The position numbers and the translations under genes were made by a program. DNA of 63,090 bases, counting the filler, from Octopus bimaculoides (lineage: Eukaryota), in NCBI RefSeq assembly GCF_001194135.2. It is 6 parts of 5 records of this genome, joined end to end, with 100 filler letters (N's around TTAATTAATTAA, not from the genome) between each part and the next. Parts side by side here need not be neighbours in the genome. Positions count along the whole stretch, not along the records: positions 1 to 19,065 come from NC_068998.1; 5 more parts are not named here. One strand, written 5' to 3'. The notes beneath the pieces are model-generated. The model saw only the letters and a program-made list of their open reading frames with translations, did not search any database and was not told where the DNA came from. This document shows, piece after piece, positions 1 to 13,162 of this stretch; position 1 is the stretch's first letter; every line of letters starts with the position of its first letter.

Positions 1-1051
1 AAGCATATCCCGAAACCTAGAGAGTGAAAGAAAGAAGAGAGAAAAAAAATGTTTACATTTTATAGCAATTAGTATACATACATGCCACTTGTACATATAT
101 ACAACCACAAATTGCAAAAAAAAACAAACGAAAAAAAAACACCGCTTCTAGGTTTTTTTTCCTACTTTCTGAAATAACAAACATTGGACGGTAGATTTGG
201 TGGAGCATTAAACAATGTTGTATAGTATTTCGTTATGTCCCTTTACAATCTCAAAAATTCTCACCAGATTGACTTGGCCTCTTCTCTCTCTGGCTTCAAT
301 ATAATAAAGAAATAGTCAAGAACTAGACTTGATGTAGTCGACAACACACCTGCTCGCCTTCTGCCTAAGGTAGAATGCATCATTTCTACAATGTTATTCT
401 GTTGCATGCATAAATTGATAGCGTTTTTAGAATCTAGTAATGCATTTTTAAGTTGTCTCTCTATTCTTTTGCTCTTTACATTAAATCTGGTTTGTGATGT
501 AATTTTAAAGATACACACACACACACACACACACATGGAAAGCAGACGGTAAATGCAGCAAGAAACCTGTTCTGCTCTGGTTCTTTTCTCTCATGCATTA
601 CCCCCTTCTCTACCACATTAAGTTCTCCCTCCCCCATTTGGGGTTCATAGTCATGTAAGCTGCCCAGTAACCTCACGGGTGCTAGTGGTGCACACACACA
701 CACACACACACAAAAGCACCCAGTATACAATATAAAGTGGTTGGCATAAGGAAGGGCATCCAGTTGTAGAAACCATGCCAAACAGACATGGGAACATGAT
801 GCAGTCTGTGAACCCACTAGATCCTGTCAAACTGTCCAACCCATGCCAGCGTATTATATGGACGTTAAATGATGATGATGATGATATATCAATGGCTGTT
901 CTAGTCTTGTAAAACCTTACAAGGAATTTATTCAAACTGAAGAAGTACAGCACACTGTTATAAATGTAATATTGGAAAAGCTAAAATCAACAGCAAATTA
1001 TATTTTTGTTTATATTTTTCTCAGCTTATATTTTTACAAGAAATATAAGCT

Positions 1052-1671
1052 GAGAAAATAATTCACGTGTTGTCAAGAAAAAAAAAAAAAAACTTTATAT
1101 TTACCATGTGCCCTGTAAACATCTTTTTCTTCATGAATTTAAATCTGTTGAGAACATTGAATATACAGATCTTGTTGTCCATCGATTGACACGCTAACCA
1201 TTTCCCTAAAATTAGAAAAAAAGAATTTTTTAAATATAGCAATGTCTTATGTATTATTCGAGCAAAATATGAAGGTGGCAAACTGGCAGAATCTTTAGCA
1301 CGACGGGCGAAATGCTTAGCGGTATTTCGTCTGTCTTTACGTTCTGAGTTCAAATTNNNNNNNNNNGAGAAAATAATTCACGTGTTGTCAAGAAAAAAAA
1401 AAAAAAACTTTATATTTACCATGTGCCCTGTAAACATCTTTTTCTTCATGAATTTAAATCTGTTGAGAACATTGAATATACAGATCTTGTTGTCCATCGA
1501 TTGACACGCTAACCATTTCCCTAAAATTAGAAAAAAAGAATTTTTTAAATATAGCAATGTCTTATGTATTATTCGAGCAAAATATGAAGGTGGCAAACTG
1601 GCAGAATCTTTAGCACGACGGGCGAAATGCTTAGCGGTATTTCGTCTGTCTTTACGTTCTGAGTTCAAATT
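1052..1671. other. Assembly artefact: 305-bp identical direct duplication (1052-1356 / 1367-1671) around a 10-N gap
   Basis: Identical copies with offset 315. The same overlap-around-10N pattern occurs at 29391, 30396, 32353 and 42464. Confidence 0.85.
1420..1520 (-). CDS. CDC40: CDC40 exon: (G)KWLACQSMDNKICIFNVLNRFKFMKKKMFTGHM. An identical copy at 1105-1205 is an assembly duplicate.
   Basis: ttttag acceptor and gtaaat donor, 101 nt. The C-terminal exon(s) (VAGYAC...LWD) were not found and presumably lie left of position 1. Confidence 0.93.
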
Positions 1672-1882
1672 CCACCCAGGTTGAATTTGACTTTCATCCT
1701 TTTGGGGTCGATAAATTAAGTACCAGTCAAGTACTGGGGGTCGATGTAATCAACTATCCCCCTCCCCCAAATTTCAGCCCTTGTGCCTATAATAGAAAGG
1801 ATTATTCTATCAATATGCTACAGGTCATTTTGACCGCATGTTATATGTTAATGTATATTCACTACAGTAATATCATAGTGAA

Positions 1883-2200
1883 GGTGTGTGACTCAGTGGT
1901 TAGGGTAGCTGACTTATGATTGTAAGTTCATGAGTTCGATTCCCAGAGGTGTGTTGTGTCCTTGAGCAAGACACTTCATTTCATGTTGCTCCAGTTCACT
2001 CAGCTGGCAAAAACAAGTTGTACCTGTAATTCAAAGGACCAGCCTCGTCACATTGTTTGTCACGCTTAATCTCCCTGAGAACTATATTAAGGGCACGTTT
2101 GGCTATGGAGTGCGCAGCCACTTGTACATTAATTTTAAGAGCAGGCTGTCCCACTGATCGGATCAACTGGAACCCTCGTTATTGTAACCGAAGGAGTGCC
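1883..2200 (+). mobile_element. tRNA-derived SINE, family C (A/B-box head, gtgtccttgagcaagacactt body)
   Basis: Head agtggttagg...gagttcgattcc. Homologous copies at 31880-32135(+), 33105-33300(+), 36092-36421(+), 56335-56515(+), 60090-60480(-), 62664-62910(+). Confidence 0.85.
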
Positions 2201-2564
2201 AAAATAGTATAGTAACATAGTATGGCAATATTGTGGTCTATGTCATGCTGATGAGGTAGTCTAAGTTATTTTGAGCAAGTATGAGGTCATTGTGACCCAG
2301 AATTTTATTCTGCTTTAGTGATGTTAACTTTGAAACTTCTTGATTCTAAGCTTTATTTCCATGTTAGAAATTTCTTTTCTAAGTCTTCTTCAATAGATAC
2401 AGCTGAGAACTAGGTCGTGAGTATACAGGAGTTCTCACAGACAGCTGAAGAATTAATATGCAGAGAAATAAACAAGCAAATGAAGGTGTGGGCCTGTAGA
2501 CATAAAGTACATATTCACATCTACATTCTTATCGTAATATGAAAAACTCCCACCAGAAACTTAC

Positions 2565-2641
2565 CGTTTGGTGACAAGGTGACAGCTGGCATGGAATGCA
2601 TTGAAGGGTCTGCAATGTACTTGAAATCAACTGGTACATCC
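2565..2641 (-). CDS. CDC40: CDC40 exon: DVPVDFKYIADPSMHSMPAVTLSPN(G)
   Basis: tttcag acceptor and gtaagt donor, 77 nt; phase fits both neighbours. Confidence 0.97.
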
Positions 2642-2832
2642 CTGAAAATAAGACAAAACAACACTGAAGGACTGAAACAAGAAATGATATAATGATAGAC
2701 AATCCATTTTGCGATCCAAAATTAGCAATCATTATTTTATTATTATCATCACGGAAAAAAAAAAAAAAGGACATGAAGGAAAAGAAGAAAAAGAAAATCC
2801 AGCACTAAAAATTGCTGTATCATGGAACTTAC

Positions 2833-2966
2833 CATTCCCAGACACGGAGACTTTTGTCATCTGAAGTTGTAACAAATCTGCGATTTTGGTCAACAAAAGT
2901 TATGGTATTTACAGCGCCTAAATGACGATCATATTCCTGCATGATATCACCAGAGCGAATGTCCCA
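2833..2966 (-). CDS. CDC40: CDC40 exon: [44 protein letters not shown](W)
   Basis: tcccag acceptor and gtaagt donor, 134 nt. [11 protein letters not shown] motif. Not in the ORF track. Confidence 0.97.
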
Positions 2967-3813
2967 CTGGGAAAGAAGGAAATTAAATAAACATTACTGT
3001 GGTATTTGTCTGGAGTTAATACTCCCAATGGACATGTGGTGTTTAAAAATACAATAAGCACTGGGTGTGGCATATACTAAGCCTGAGTTAAAAGCATCCG
3101 GACAGGCTATAAAAAGAAAACTACAATTCAGCATTTAATCTCCTTCTGAAACCACACACTTTATCCAGCATTGCTTCCATTGCTGGAAACATTCCGGAAC
3201 CTTCTTTTTTGAGTTAACACTTTTTATCATTTATATTTTACTTTGTCTCAGTCGTGAAACTGTGCCCATGCTGGGGCACAGCTTTGAAGAATGAATCGAC
3301 TCCAGAACTTATTGTTTTAAAGCACGGTACTTGTTCTGTCAGTCTCTTGTCCTGAACGCCAAGTTATGGGGACATAAACACACCAACACTGGTTATCTAG
3401 GGAACAAACAGACACAAAGATGCATGCATGCACACACACGGCATGTGTTGCTCTCTCACTCCATGATAATAATAATGGTTCCATATTTTGGCCCAAGGCC
3501 AGCAATTGGGGAAGGAGGGGACAGTCAACACTACTGACCCTGATACATAACTGGTACTTTATTCTATTGATGGAAAAAGCATGAAAGACAAAGGTGACAT
3601 CAGTGAGAATCATCACAATATGGATTCCTTTTATTTTTCTGTTTTTATTTTTTATATTTGAATAACAACAACAACAACGACAACAGATGTATTTCACTTT
3701 GCGGTTTCTTGAATTCTAATACTGCAGCAAATAACTATGACCGCAGCCAAAAAGTGGAGGGGGAGGGAGGGAAGAAAAGAAAGATGAAGAAAAGAGATAA
3801 CAGTAAATAATAA

Positions 3814-3853
<40 letters not shown>

Positions 3854-3877
3854 CAAAAGAAGATGCTCTCTACTTAC

Positions 3878-3993
3878 ACAAACAATTTTCTTGTCTGAAG
3901 TTCCTGCTACAAATAAATTCTGTTTATCTTCATCAGGATTGAATTTCACGCAATACGGTACTTTACGACTTGAAAAGGGAGAAATACATTTAC
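3878..3993 (-). CDS. CDC40: CDC40 exon: (G)[38 protein letters not shown]
   Basis: ttgtag acceptor and gtaagt donor, 116 nt. [16 protein letters not shown] matches remembered human PRP17. Confidence 0.97.
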
Positions 3994-5485
3994 CTACAAA
4001 ATAGAAAAAAAAAAATTACAAAAATAACAAAACTAATCACTAGGCCCAATCCTTCCTTCCTTCCTTCCCAGAATGTTAGTCAATGAAATTCCCTCTCTGT
4101 TGATATCTTTCTTTGTAGAAATGTTGACTTACTAAGGTTTGGAAAGAACAACAATATCTTCAGTTTTATTTCACTAGTCCAGAAGGCCTTGCTGGGGCAG
4201 GGCACTGCCCTTTCCCCCAGACCCAGCATGTGAAAAAAAAACCAAACCTTTCTCCATTTCTGAAAGAGGGTGGTTACAAGTGGTCTTCCATGACCCTTCT
4301 CATGGCACATTGTAACCTATTCAGAGAGAGAGAGGGTGGGACAGGGGAGATGTCTGGAGGCCTTACTTATTGATCATCCACCTCCAAAAGATGAAAGGCA
4401 ATGTTGACTTCTGTGGAATTTGAACTCAGAGCTGGAACAACTAATGTGATGCATTCTACCATTTCACCACCCTAGAACACTAACAAGGAACTGAGGACCC
4501 AAAGCAAGGCAATATCCTACAATTACATTATCCAACATGTCCTTTATTTCGTTAAGACAATAGGCTGTGATTTAAAGGAGGTTTAGCTGCTATTTCTCCC
4601 ACCTGATCAACCACCTAGAGGTGCTTGTGGTTGGCTCATGTTTAAAGCAAGGTTGAAGCTCTAGCTCGTAGAAGCAAGATGATATGCTAAACAAACAAGA
4701 GATACATGTAAGAATTTGGTAAGTGTTGCTAAGTGATTCCTTAATTTACTTCAGACCAACTGATTTGCTCAAAGACAGCAAAGTAATGAGAGTTTGGTAT
4801 TTTGATGAGAATAACAAATGAAGGTGGATTCAGTTAGTGAGAGAGTGAGGTGAGTAGGTTTTGTGCAGTTCACACACAGATGGGTGTACATATTTACATA
4901 CACACACAACACACACACGTAATAATATACAATAACACTAAAAGATGAAAGGCTAAAGAATATGTCGTCAAGAATGTAAAACAAAAATGTACAAAAATCA
5001 CCCAAAAAACAACAGCAAAATATAATAACCCCACCCCCCAAATCCCAGATATACCTTTATGCAAACATACCTACCCCTACCCATCTCAATCTCTCTGTCT
5101 CTCTTTCTCTCTCTCTCTATCCCTCCCTCTTTATCACATACACAAACATCAAAGAGGTGTTGTGTTTTGAGCAGAAATGTCAGAATAACCCAGATAATGA
5201 AGAGTTAGGAGGTAGTTGTTATTGTCTTTTTGATGTTGTTGTTGTTGTTGTTGCAGTTAAGGTGGTTGATGTTGTTGCTGTTAGAGTTAGGTAATGGTTG
5301 ATGTCAGATTGTTGTCGAGGAATGATGTATAAATAAATGAACTGGTAAAATATTTTCTGTCAACACAGAAGATCAGCAAGAAACGATCTTCTCCGTTTAG
5401 CACAGTTCGTGTAGGGAGGAGGAGGAGGAGGAGGCAGAGTACCTGAGTACAAAGCAAGGGTAACTGGTTCAAACCTAGACATTGA

Positions 5486-5519
<34 letters not shown>

Positions 5520-5974
5520 AAAAGAGAGAAAAAGGAATGTGAGTGTACATATGGTTTTGGTTTCAGTCCTACTGAGTGGCACCTTGAACAAGTGTTTTCT
5601 ACTATAGCCCCAAGCTGATCAATGCTTTGTGAATAAATTTGGTAAATGGAAACTGTGTGGAAGACCATCATATGTGTGTGTGTATGAGCATCTTGGTGTT
5701 TGCACGGGTCAGACAGAATTCATTGACGCAATTTTTTCTAAGGCCAGACATGTTTTTGCAGAATACTGGAAATAAATGACACTGCTTGATTTTTTTGCAA
5801 ACAACTTGCAGATGCAAGTGCTGTTAGTTCAAAGCTCTGCATACAAGATGCTAGCAAGCTTATGGAGTCATCAAGAGAGAATGTGTGCTGTTTTGGGGCC
5901 TTCCTCTCAACAACATTACTGGGCCCCACCTCACAGAGATGAAGCCTGGATTGCTAAATCAATTGGTTATTAGG

Positions 5975-6317
5975 TGTAGGGGCAAGCGAAAGCGAAATTG
6001 TGATTGCACCTGTGCCCAGCTAATGTGCCGGTGTAAAGACATTCGAGCGAGATCGTTGCCAGTGCCGGTGGCACGTAAAATACATCATTTTGAGTGTGGC
6101 TGTTGCCAGTACCGCCTGACTGGCCTTCGTGCCGGTAGCACGTAAAAGCACCCACTACACTCACGGAGTGGTTGGCATTAGGAAGGGCATCCAGCTGTAG
6201 AAACTCTGCCAAATCAGATTGGAGCCTGGTGTCGCCTTCGGGCTCCACCAGTCCTCAGTCAAATCGTCCAACCCATGCCAGAATGGAAAGCGGACATTAA
6301 ACGATGATGATGATGAG
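5975..6317 (+). mobile_element. SINE family D / SINE 3' module (gagtggttggcgttaggaagggcatccagctgtagaaac...(gat)n tail)
   Basis: Homologues at 735-885, 8462-8615, 10790-10980, 17222-17365, 15405-15560(-), 16512-16600(-), 21640-22230(-), 59100-59240(-). Confidence 0.8.
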
Positions 6318-6593
6318 TTAGGCCTACACAAACACACATGCATACACAACACACATACAAGATGAGCTTCTTTTAGTTTCTACTGACCAAATCTATTCAC
6401 AAGGCTTTGGTTAGACCAAGGGTATAACAGACACTTGCTCAAGTTTTCATCAAAGGAATACCTTTGATTACAGGTATGTTTTGACCAAGGCTGAACTGGG
6501 GTTAAACAACAAGAAGCAAAAAAAAGGTTAAAAGTTGTGTCAAAGTGGTGTATTTCAAATGTGACGAACAATGAAAAAAAAAAAGGGTTTTAC

Positions 6594-6741
6594 CCGTTTC
6601 AGTATCCCAGAGTTTACAATATCTGTCATAAGCACAGCTGAGGAAACTGGTGCCATCGTTATTGAAGCAAATGTCTCTGACTGCTTGTTTGTGTCCCAAA
6701 TATGTCCTCACACACCGACGTTGATTGTACACTTCCCAAAT
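6594..6741 (-). CDS. CDC40: CDC40 exon: [49 protein letters not shown](G)
   Basis: ttgtag acceptor and gtaaaa donor, 148 nt. Overlaps ORF 6502..6732; WD40 repeat. Confidence 0.97.
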
Positions 6742-8004
6742 CTACAAAGCAAGATGATGATGACGATAATAATAATAATAATAATGATAAAAAAGGAACT
6801 GAAAATTATTTTTAAATNNNNNNNNNNNNNNNNNNNNNNNNNNNNNNNNNNNNNNNNNNNNNNNNNNNNNNNNNNNNNNNNNNNNNNNNNNNNNNNNNNN
6901 NNNNNNNNNNNNNNNNNNNNNNNNNNNNNNNNNNNNNNNNNNNNNNNNNNNNNNNNNNNNNNNNNNNNNNNNNNNNNNNNNNNNNNNNNNNNNNNNNNNN
7001 NNNNNNNNNNNNNNNNNNNNNNNNNNNNNNNNNNNNNNNNNNNNNNNNNNNNNNNNNNNNNNNNNNNNNNNNNNNNNNNNNNNNNNNNNNNNNNNNNNNN
7101 NNNNNNNNNNNNNNNNNNNNNNNNNNNNNNNNNNNNNNNNNNNNNNNNNNNNNNNNNNNNNNNNNNNNNNNNNNNNNNNNNNNNNNNNNNNNNNNNNNNN
7201 NNNNNNNNNNNNNNNNNNNNNNNNNNNNNNNNNNNNNNNNNNNNNNNNNNNNNNNNNNNNNNNNNNNNNNNNNNNNNNNNNNNNNNNNNNNNNNNNNNNN
7301 NNNNNNNNNNNNNNNNNNNNNNNNNNNNNNNNNNNNNNNNNNNNNNNNNNNNNNNNNNNNNNNNNNNNNNNNNNNNNNNNNNNNNNNNNNNNNNNNNNNN
7401 NNNNNNNNNNNNNNNNNNNNNNNNNNNNNNNNNNNNNNNNNNNNNNNNNNNNNNNNNNNNNNNNNNNNNNNNNNNNNNNNNNNNNNNNNNNNNNNNNNNN
7501 NNNNNNNNNNNNNNNNNNNNNNNNNNNNNNNNNNNNNNNNNNNNNNNNACACACACACACACATCAACAACATCTCCCTCCAAGTGTATAAATATACACG
7601 CACGTAGACACACCCATGAATGCAAATAGATAGTGAGACAAAGACACAGACATATATGTGGATAGACTGAAGCGCACACAGACTGATAGATACACATCCA
7701 TACATGCTCACACACACACACACACACACACGCATGTACACACATACACACACATGCATACACATACACACACACAAATACAAAACACAATGGGTTTTCT
7801 TAGAGACCTGTTATATTCAGAAACAGTAATGCAGGGTGGAGGAAAATGTTAGATTATAATTAATACACATACATACCATACATATATACACACACACACA
7901 ACATAAACACATACATATACATACAACCCATACATACATACATACATACATACAGAACACACACACACACATGTACATACCATACATGAATATATGTATA
8001 TATG

Positions 8005-8035
<31 letters not shown>

Positions 8036-9436
8036 GTAAGTATGTATAGGTATATACACACACACACATAAATACATACATACATATCATTTAACCCATG
8101 CAAGTATGGAAGAGGTGATAATGACACACACACACACACTAATATATATATGCTGCAGTAGCAGTAGGTTAAAAATATTTATCACAACAGAATAAAGATA
8201 GGTATGTATGAGAGTTGAGGTATGTTACTAAGCAGAAAGCCAACACTGTTTGCAGGAAGTGCATAATGAATTTAAAAAAAAAAAAAATTAAAAAAAGAAG
8301 TCAAAGAGTTAAGAAATCCAGAAAGCAAATCTTTACTAACTCCAAAAGCTACTAATATTGCAAACCACCACAGCTTTCTTTATGAAACATATCTTTGCAA
8401 CAAGTACTCCATATCTGTCAGTTAACCACCACAGCTGAGAGGTTTGAACCCTTTAAGGGCCTTGGCGTTAGGAAGGGCATCCAGCTGTAGAAACTCTGCC
8501 AAATTAGATTGGAGCCTGGTGTTGCCATCCGGTTTCACCAGTCCTCAGTCAAATCGTCCAACCCATGCTAGCATGGAAAGCGGACGTTAAACAATGATGA
8601 TGATGATGATGATGATTTCTCTGCCAAATGAAATGCTTATTTAGTCGCACTGATATGAAATTAGTCATGCATTCGCCATGATAGATCGCTGACCACTACA
8701 TTTATATTTTTTTCTCTCCTTGTTTATTTCCGTGCTCCTTTCAGTTGAAGAGNNNNNNNNNNNNNNNNNNNNNNNNNNNNNNNNNNNNNNNNNNNNNNNN
8801 NNNNNNNNNNNNNNNNNNNNNNNNNNNNNNNNNNNNNNNNNNNNNNNNNNNNNNNNNNNNNNNNNNNNNNNNNNNNNNNNNNNNNNNNNNNNNNNNNNNN
8901 NNNNNNNNNNNNNNNNNNNNNNNNNNNNNNNNNNNNNNNNNNNNNNNNNNNNNNNNNNNNNNNNNNNNNNNNNNNNNNNNNNNNNNNNNNNNNNNNNNNN
9001 NNNNNNNNNNNNNNNNNNNNNNNNNNNNNNNNNNNNNNNNNNNNNNNNNNNNNNNNNNNNNNNNNNNNNNNNNNNNNNNNNNNNNNNNNNNNNNNNNNNN
9101 NNNNNNNNNNNNNNNNNNNNNNNNNNNNNNNNNNNNNNNNNNNNNNNNNNNNNNNNNNNNNNNNNNNNNNNNNNNNNNNNNNNNNNNNNNNNNNNNNNNN
9201 NNNNNNNNNNNNNNNNNNNNNNNNNNNNNNNNNNNNNNNNNNGGCCACAACACAAACATTATTCTGGTCCTGGTCAGCTGGTAACTTCTCCCAGCTGGGT
9301 GGCTATTGCTATCACACATAGCTACACCAATTACATAATCAGCTGGGAAGGCGTTAAATTATGTTGGCCATTATGCATGATTTAGTGTATCTAACCAAAA
9401 ATCCGGCATCCAACCTGTTGACTGCTTTGTGTCAAG

Positions 9437-9474
<38 letters not shown>

Positions 9475-9651
9475 ATTGCATTTATCTATTTCATCTTCGG
9501 ATCTACTTACTACAATCTGTCTAACCGCTGGCAGGACTTGCAGTTCTTTCTACATATACACTATCTAATTACCAATTATTTTAAGGTGCCACTTCTGTCA
9601 GCATTTATAACAATATTATGAACACATACACACACACACACGCGTTTCTAA

Positions 9652-9883
9652 GGCGGCGAGCTGCCAGAAACGTTAGCACACCGGGCGAAATGCTTAGCGG
9701 TATTTCGTCTGCCGCTACGTTCTGAGTTCAAATTCCGCCGAGGTCGACTTTGCCTTTCATCCTTTCGGGGTCGATTAAATAAGTACCAGTTACGCACTGG
9801 GGTCGATATAATTGACTTAATCCGTTTGTCTGTCCTTGTTTGTCCGCTCTGTGTGTAGCCCCTTTGTGGGTAGTAAAGAAATA
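9652..9883 (+). mobile_element. tRNA-derived SINE, family A (ggcggcgagctggcagaaacgttagcac...; body resembles Deu/Nin-type domain)
   Basis: Near-intact copy. About 18 homologues, e.g. 1585-1803, 18232-18445(-), 25540-25745, 25767-25995, 38225-38425(-), 46388-46613, 50790-50970(-), 51929-52142, 54360-54540, 62425-62635. Domain assignment is from memory only. Confidence 0.85.
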
Positions 9884-10316
9884 ACACACGCATACATAGA
9901 ACAGACATACATATATACACACAAACATATACATATATACAGACACACACATATACATACATATATACAGACACACACATATATATATACATACACATAT
10001 ACACATAAACATATACATATATAGACACACACACGTACATACACACAAACATATACATATATAGACACACCCACACACATATATACATACATACATATAC
10101 ATTCACACACATATATATGCATACACACACACCTACACACACAAACACATACATACATACACACACACATATACACGTACACATGTGCATATGCACACAC
10201 ATATACATATATGCTCACACACACACACACACACATATTGGTGGTATGGTGTCTATGCAGTTAAATGTGGATTACAAGAGTGCGAGAAACCGATATTAAC
10301 TAAATGACGAGATATT

Positions 10317-10362
<46 letters not shown>

Positions 10363-11099
10363 TTGAGAGAAGTAAAATAACTGTCAGAATAATATTAACA
10401 ATGTGAGTTATGTTGCTGTTTTAGGTTTTAATGTTTAACAGTATTGACAGATCAGATAACAGAGATAGATAGATAAATAGACAGACAGATCAACAGATAT
10501 AAATAGATGCAGTTGATAGTGAAGTCATATTAATAAACAAATTACTGTAAAATGAATCTCGTTGTTGTTTTGCTTTTGTAAGAACTTTCAGATTGGAACA
10601 TAGATGTAAACACATACATGGATACAGGCCACGGTAGAAAAACCTCTTCGCACTTATGTGGTTCTTAAGGGGTTCATATGAAACTTTAGGGTCCACACGA
10701 GATTTTGCTGCTAAAATTCATGTGCTATGAATTGGTAATATTTCTACAAAACAAAAAAATATTTTAATTTCTTTGACCGATGCTAGTGCCGTCTGACTGG
10801 CTCCCATGCCAGTGGCACGTAAAAAGCACCCACTACACTCTCAGAGTGGTTGGCATTAGGAAGGGCATCCAGCTGTAGAAACATTGCCAGACCGGAGCCT
10901 GGTGTGGCCTCCTGGTTTGCCAGTCTCCAGTCAAACCGTCCATCCTATGCCAGCATGGAAAATGGATGTTAAATGATGAATTCCTTATAATAAAAAATAG
11001 NNNNNNNNNNCCCCCCCCAGTTACCATTATGGTTTGAAATGGTGCACATTGTGCAATTTCAGTTGAAAGTGTAGTAGATTCAAAAACCAAACTGTTGGA

Positions 11100-11500
11100 C
11101 AGCTATGCAGATACCCTGCTGAGATCACTATCGTTTCACATGATTGGTCAATTAACAGACCAATCAGTGTCAAGCCTCCATGTGATTCAACTTTCTAGAA
11201 CGTTCTAATGAGTATTTATAAAAGGTGGGTGTTTTGGCAGTCAGTTCAGAATGTTGGAGCAGTTGTGGTGACAACTGCATTCTCATCTTTCCATTCAGCA
11301 GCCGTGCAGATTGAAGATGCAGATTTGCAGCCATGAATTTAGGAAGAATTTTTTCCTCAGTTGTGATGGCCTAGTCACAGATCGATATGTACCAGTTGTT
11401 TTGTCACAGACCCCAGAATTCTTCTCTTCTAGTCTGTTTAAATTGCTGCTTTCTTATTCTTCATCCAAAGACCAACACAGAAGACACTATGAGCAGTAAA
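11100..11500 (+). mobile_element. Possible degraded mariner 5' region with promoter-like motifs
   Basis: ATTGG/CCAAT pair, TATAAAA and TCAGTT, then an ORF with HEFRKNF...DGLVTDRYV weakly resembling a mariner N-terminus. No TIR seen. Confidence 0.35.
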
Positions 11501-12947
11501 TAAAGCTGCCGTTAATTATTCATGTGTGTCATTTTATTGAATGATTAAAGCTCTAAAATTAACTAAATTGTATACAGAAACGATGCATGTAGCGAGATGG
11601 GATAGGAGGATATAAGCTACAGGTGTGTGTATATACATACATGTGTGTGTGTGTGTGATTATCCCAGTGTTTTTTCCTAATTTGAAACAGCTGTGATCTG
11701 AGAAAAATTTTGCTGCTATTTTTAAGAGGTCAAGTGTGTAAGCAGGTGCTGACCTGCATAAATTCAAAGTAAACTTGGACATAATTTAGCTCCAAATCAT
11801 CTCTAGTTGAACAGACTCCTGATGAGAGTGTTCTGACCATCCCATCTTTTTGTATATCAGGAACACTTTGTTGCCCAGTATATTCTTTATATATATCTGT
11901 TATTTAAAATGGTAAAGTATAGAATATATGGCTGTTATTTCGAGCAGGTTGAATGATCCTGTAGATGCTGCCACTGAAACTCAACAACGTACATTGCTGT
12001 CACCTTATGGCGGATGCGATGGTGGTGGAGGTGATGGTGGAAGCTATATAGTTAGGCAGCGACGGAGCAAGTAAACCACACAATAAATATTCTCATCTGC
12101 CAGAAAAATATTATCTGTCTGTCTGTCTTTCTGTTTCTCTTTTACACATTCTATTCCATTCCTTTACACAGGTGGTTGACGTAAGAGTATGAATTACTTC
12201 AGGGAGGTGGTTGGTGTAAAGGACTGTGTAAGGTATGAGGTACTTACAGAGGGAGTGACGGGTGGAGAGAGGAACAGCAGGTAGCAATTCAGTTACATAT
12301 ATAGATAGACATAGATAAGCACCAATATAATAAGGATGACATGCGGGAAATAAATCACATAAACTATCAAATAACTGTCGGTAATCAGTGGTATCTATTA
12401 ACAGGTAATTAATCAAGTTATTTTCCGAGATGGAAAACAAAAATGGACTTTGAGATCTTCATGTCATTCCCACTGACTACTACGCATATAGATACACAGA
12501 AAAATATATATGATGCTGGTGTCACATAATGGACACTTGTGCTGGTGGCACATAAAAAGCACCCTTCGAACATTGGGCCACACAGCTGATGACAAGTGAC
12601 TGAGACTGTTGGCAATATGCCATGCTTGAGAAGATTCGTCAAGCGAAATGAAATTATAGTTGTGGCTGATGCCGGTGTCACGTCTGGTGAGTGTACTGGA
12701 AGCATTATATTATGGCAATAATATACCATTTCTATCTACCAAATCCACTCACAAGTCTTTAGTTAACCTGTAGCTGTTGTAGAAGACACTAGCTCAAAAG
12801 TGCCATGTAGTGAGACTGAACCCCAAATCACACAGTTGGGAAACAAACTCCTAAACTACTCACCCATACCTGCATCTTTATATACATATAAAAGTAATTT
12901 TCATGGGAGTTTTGACCATTGCAAGTGAAAGAGTAGTTATTACTTAC

Positions 12948-13162
12948 TTTGATCTTAGAGTCCATGCTGCAAGACAACATAAGATGAGCATATCTAGGGA
13001 ACCAGCGGATAGCAGAAATCCCTTTGTTGTGACCTGTCCATGTGTGGATAAGTTTTTTGGGAATGAAACACTTCTCTGGTGGATCTTCAGATTTGAGGTT
13101 AACGCCAACATCATGTGGAGGGTGTAAGAAGGAACGGCCTTGGTAGTCTGTGGCATCTTTGA
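12948..13162 (-). CDS. CDC40: CDC40 exon: (I)[71 protein letters not shown] (start of WD40 repeats)
   Basis: ttgcag acceptor and gtaagt donor, 215 nt. Diagnostic DYQGRS and PPEKC motifs and a GH...SCSMD WD repeat. Confidence 0.97.

Noticed and set aside
3063-3204. H/ACA snoRNA-like arrangement in a CDC40 intron (minus strand): two hairpins, AGATTA, ACA+3 nt, 142 nt
   Set aside because: Lower stems are weak, and stem-to-box distances (about 18 and 11 nt) do not fit the canonical 14-16 nt. A snoRNA covariance search would settle it.
6571-7790. Long ORFs spanning N gaps (also about 8.7k, 40.5k, 44.4k, 45.9k, 50k, 56.9k) and (CA)/(TA)-repeat ORFs
   Set aside because: Artefacts of N runs and dinucleotide repeats.
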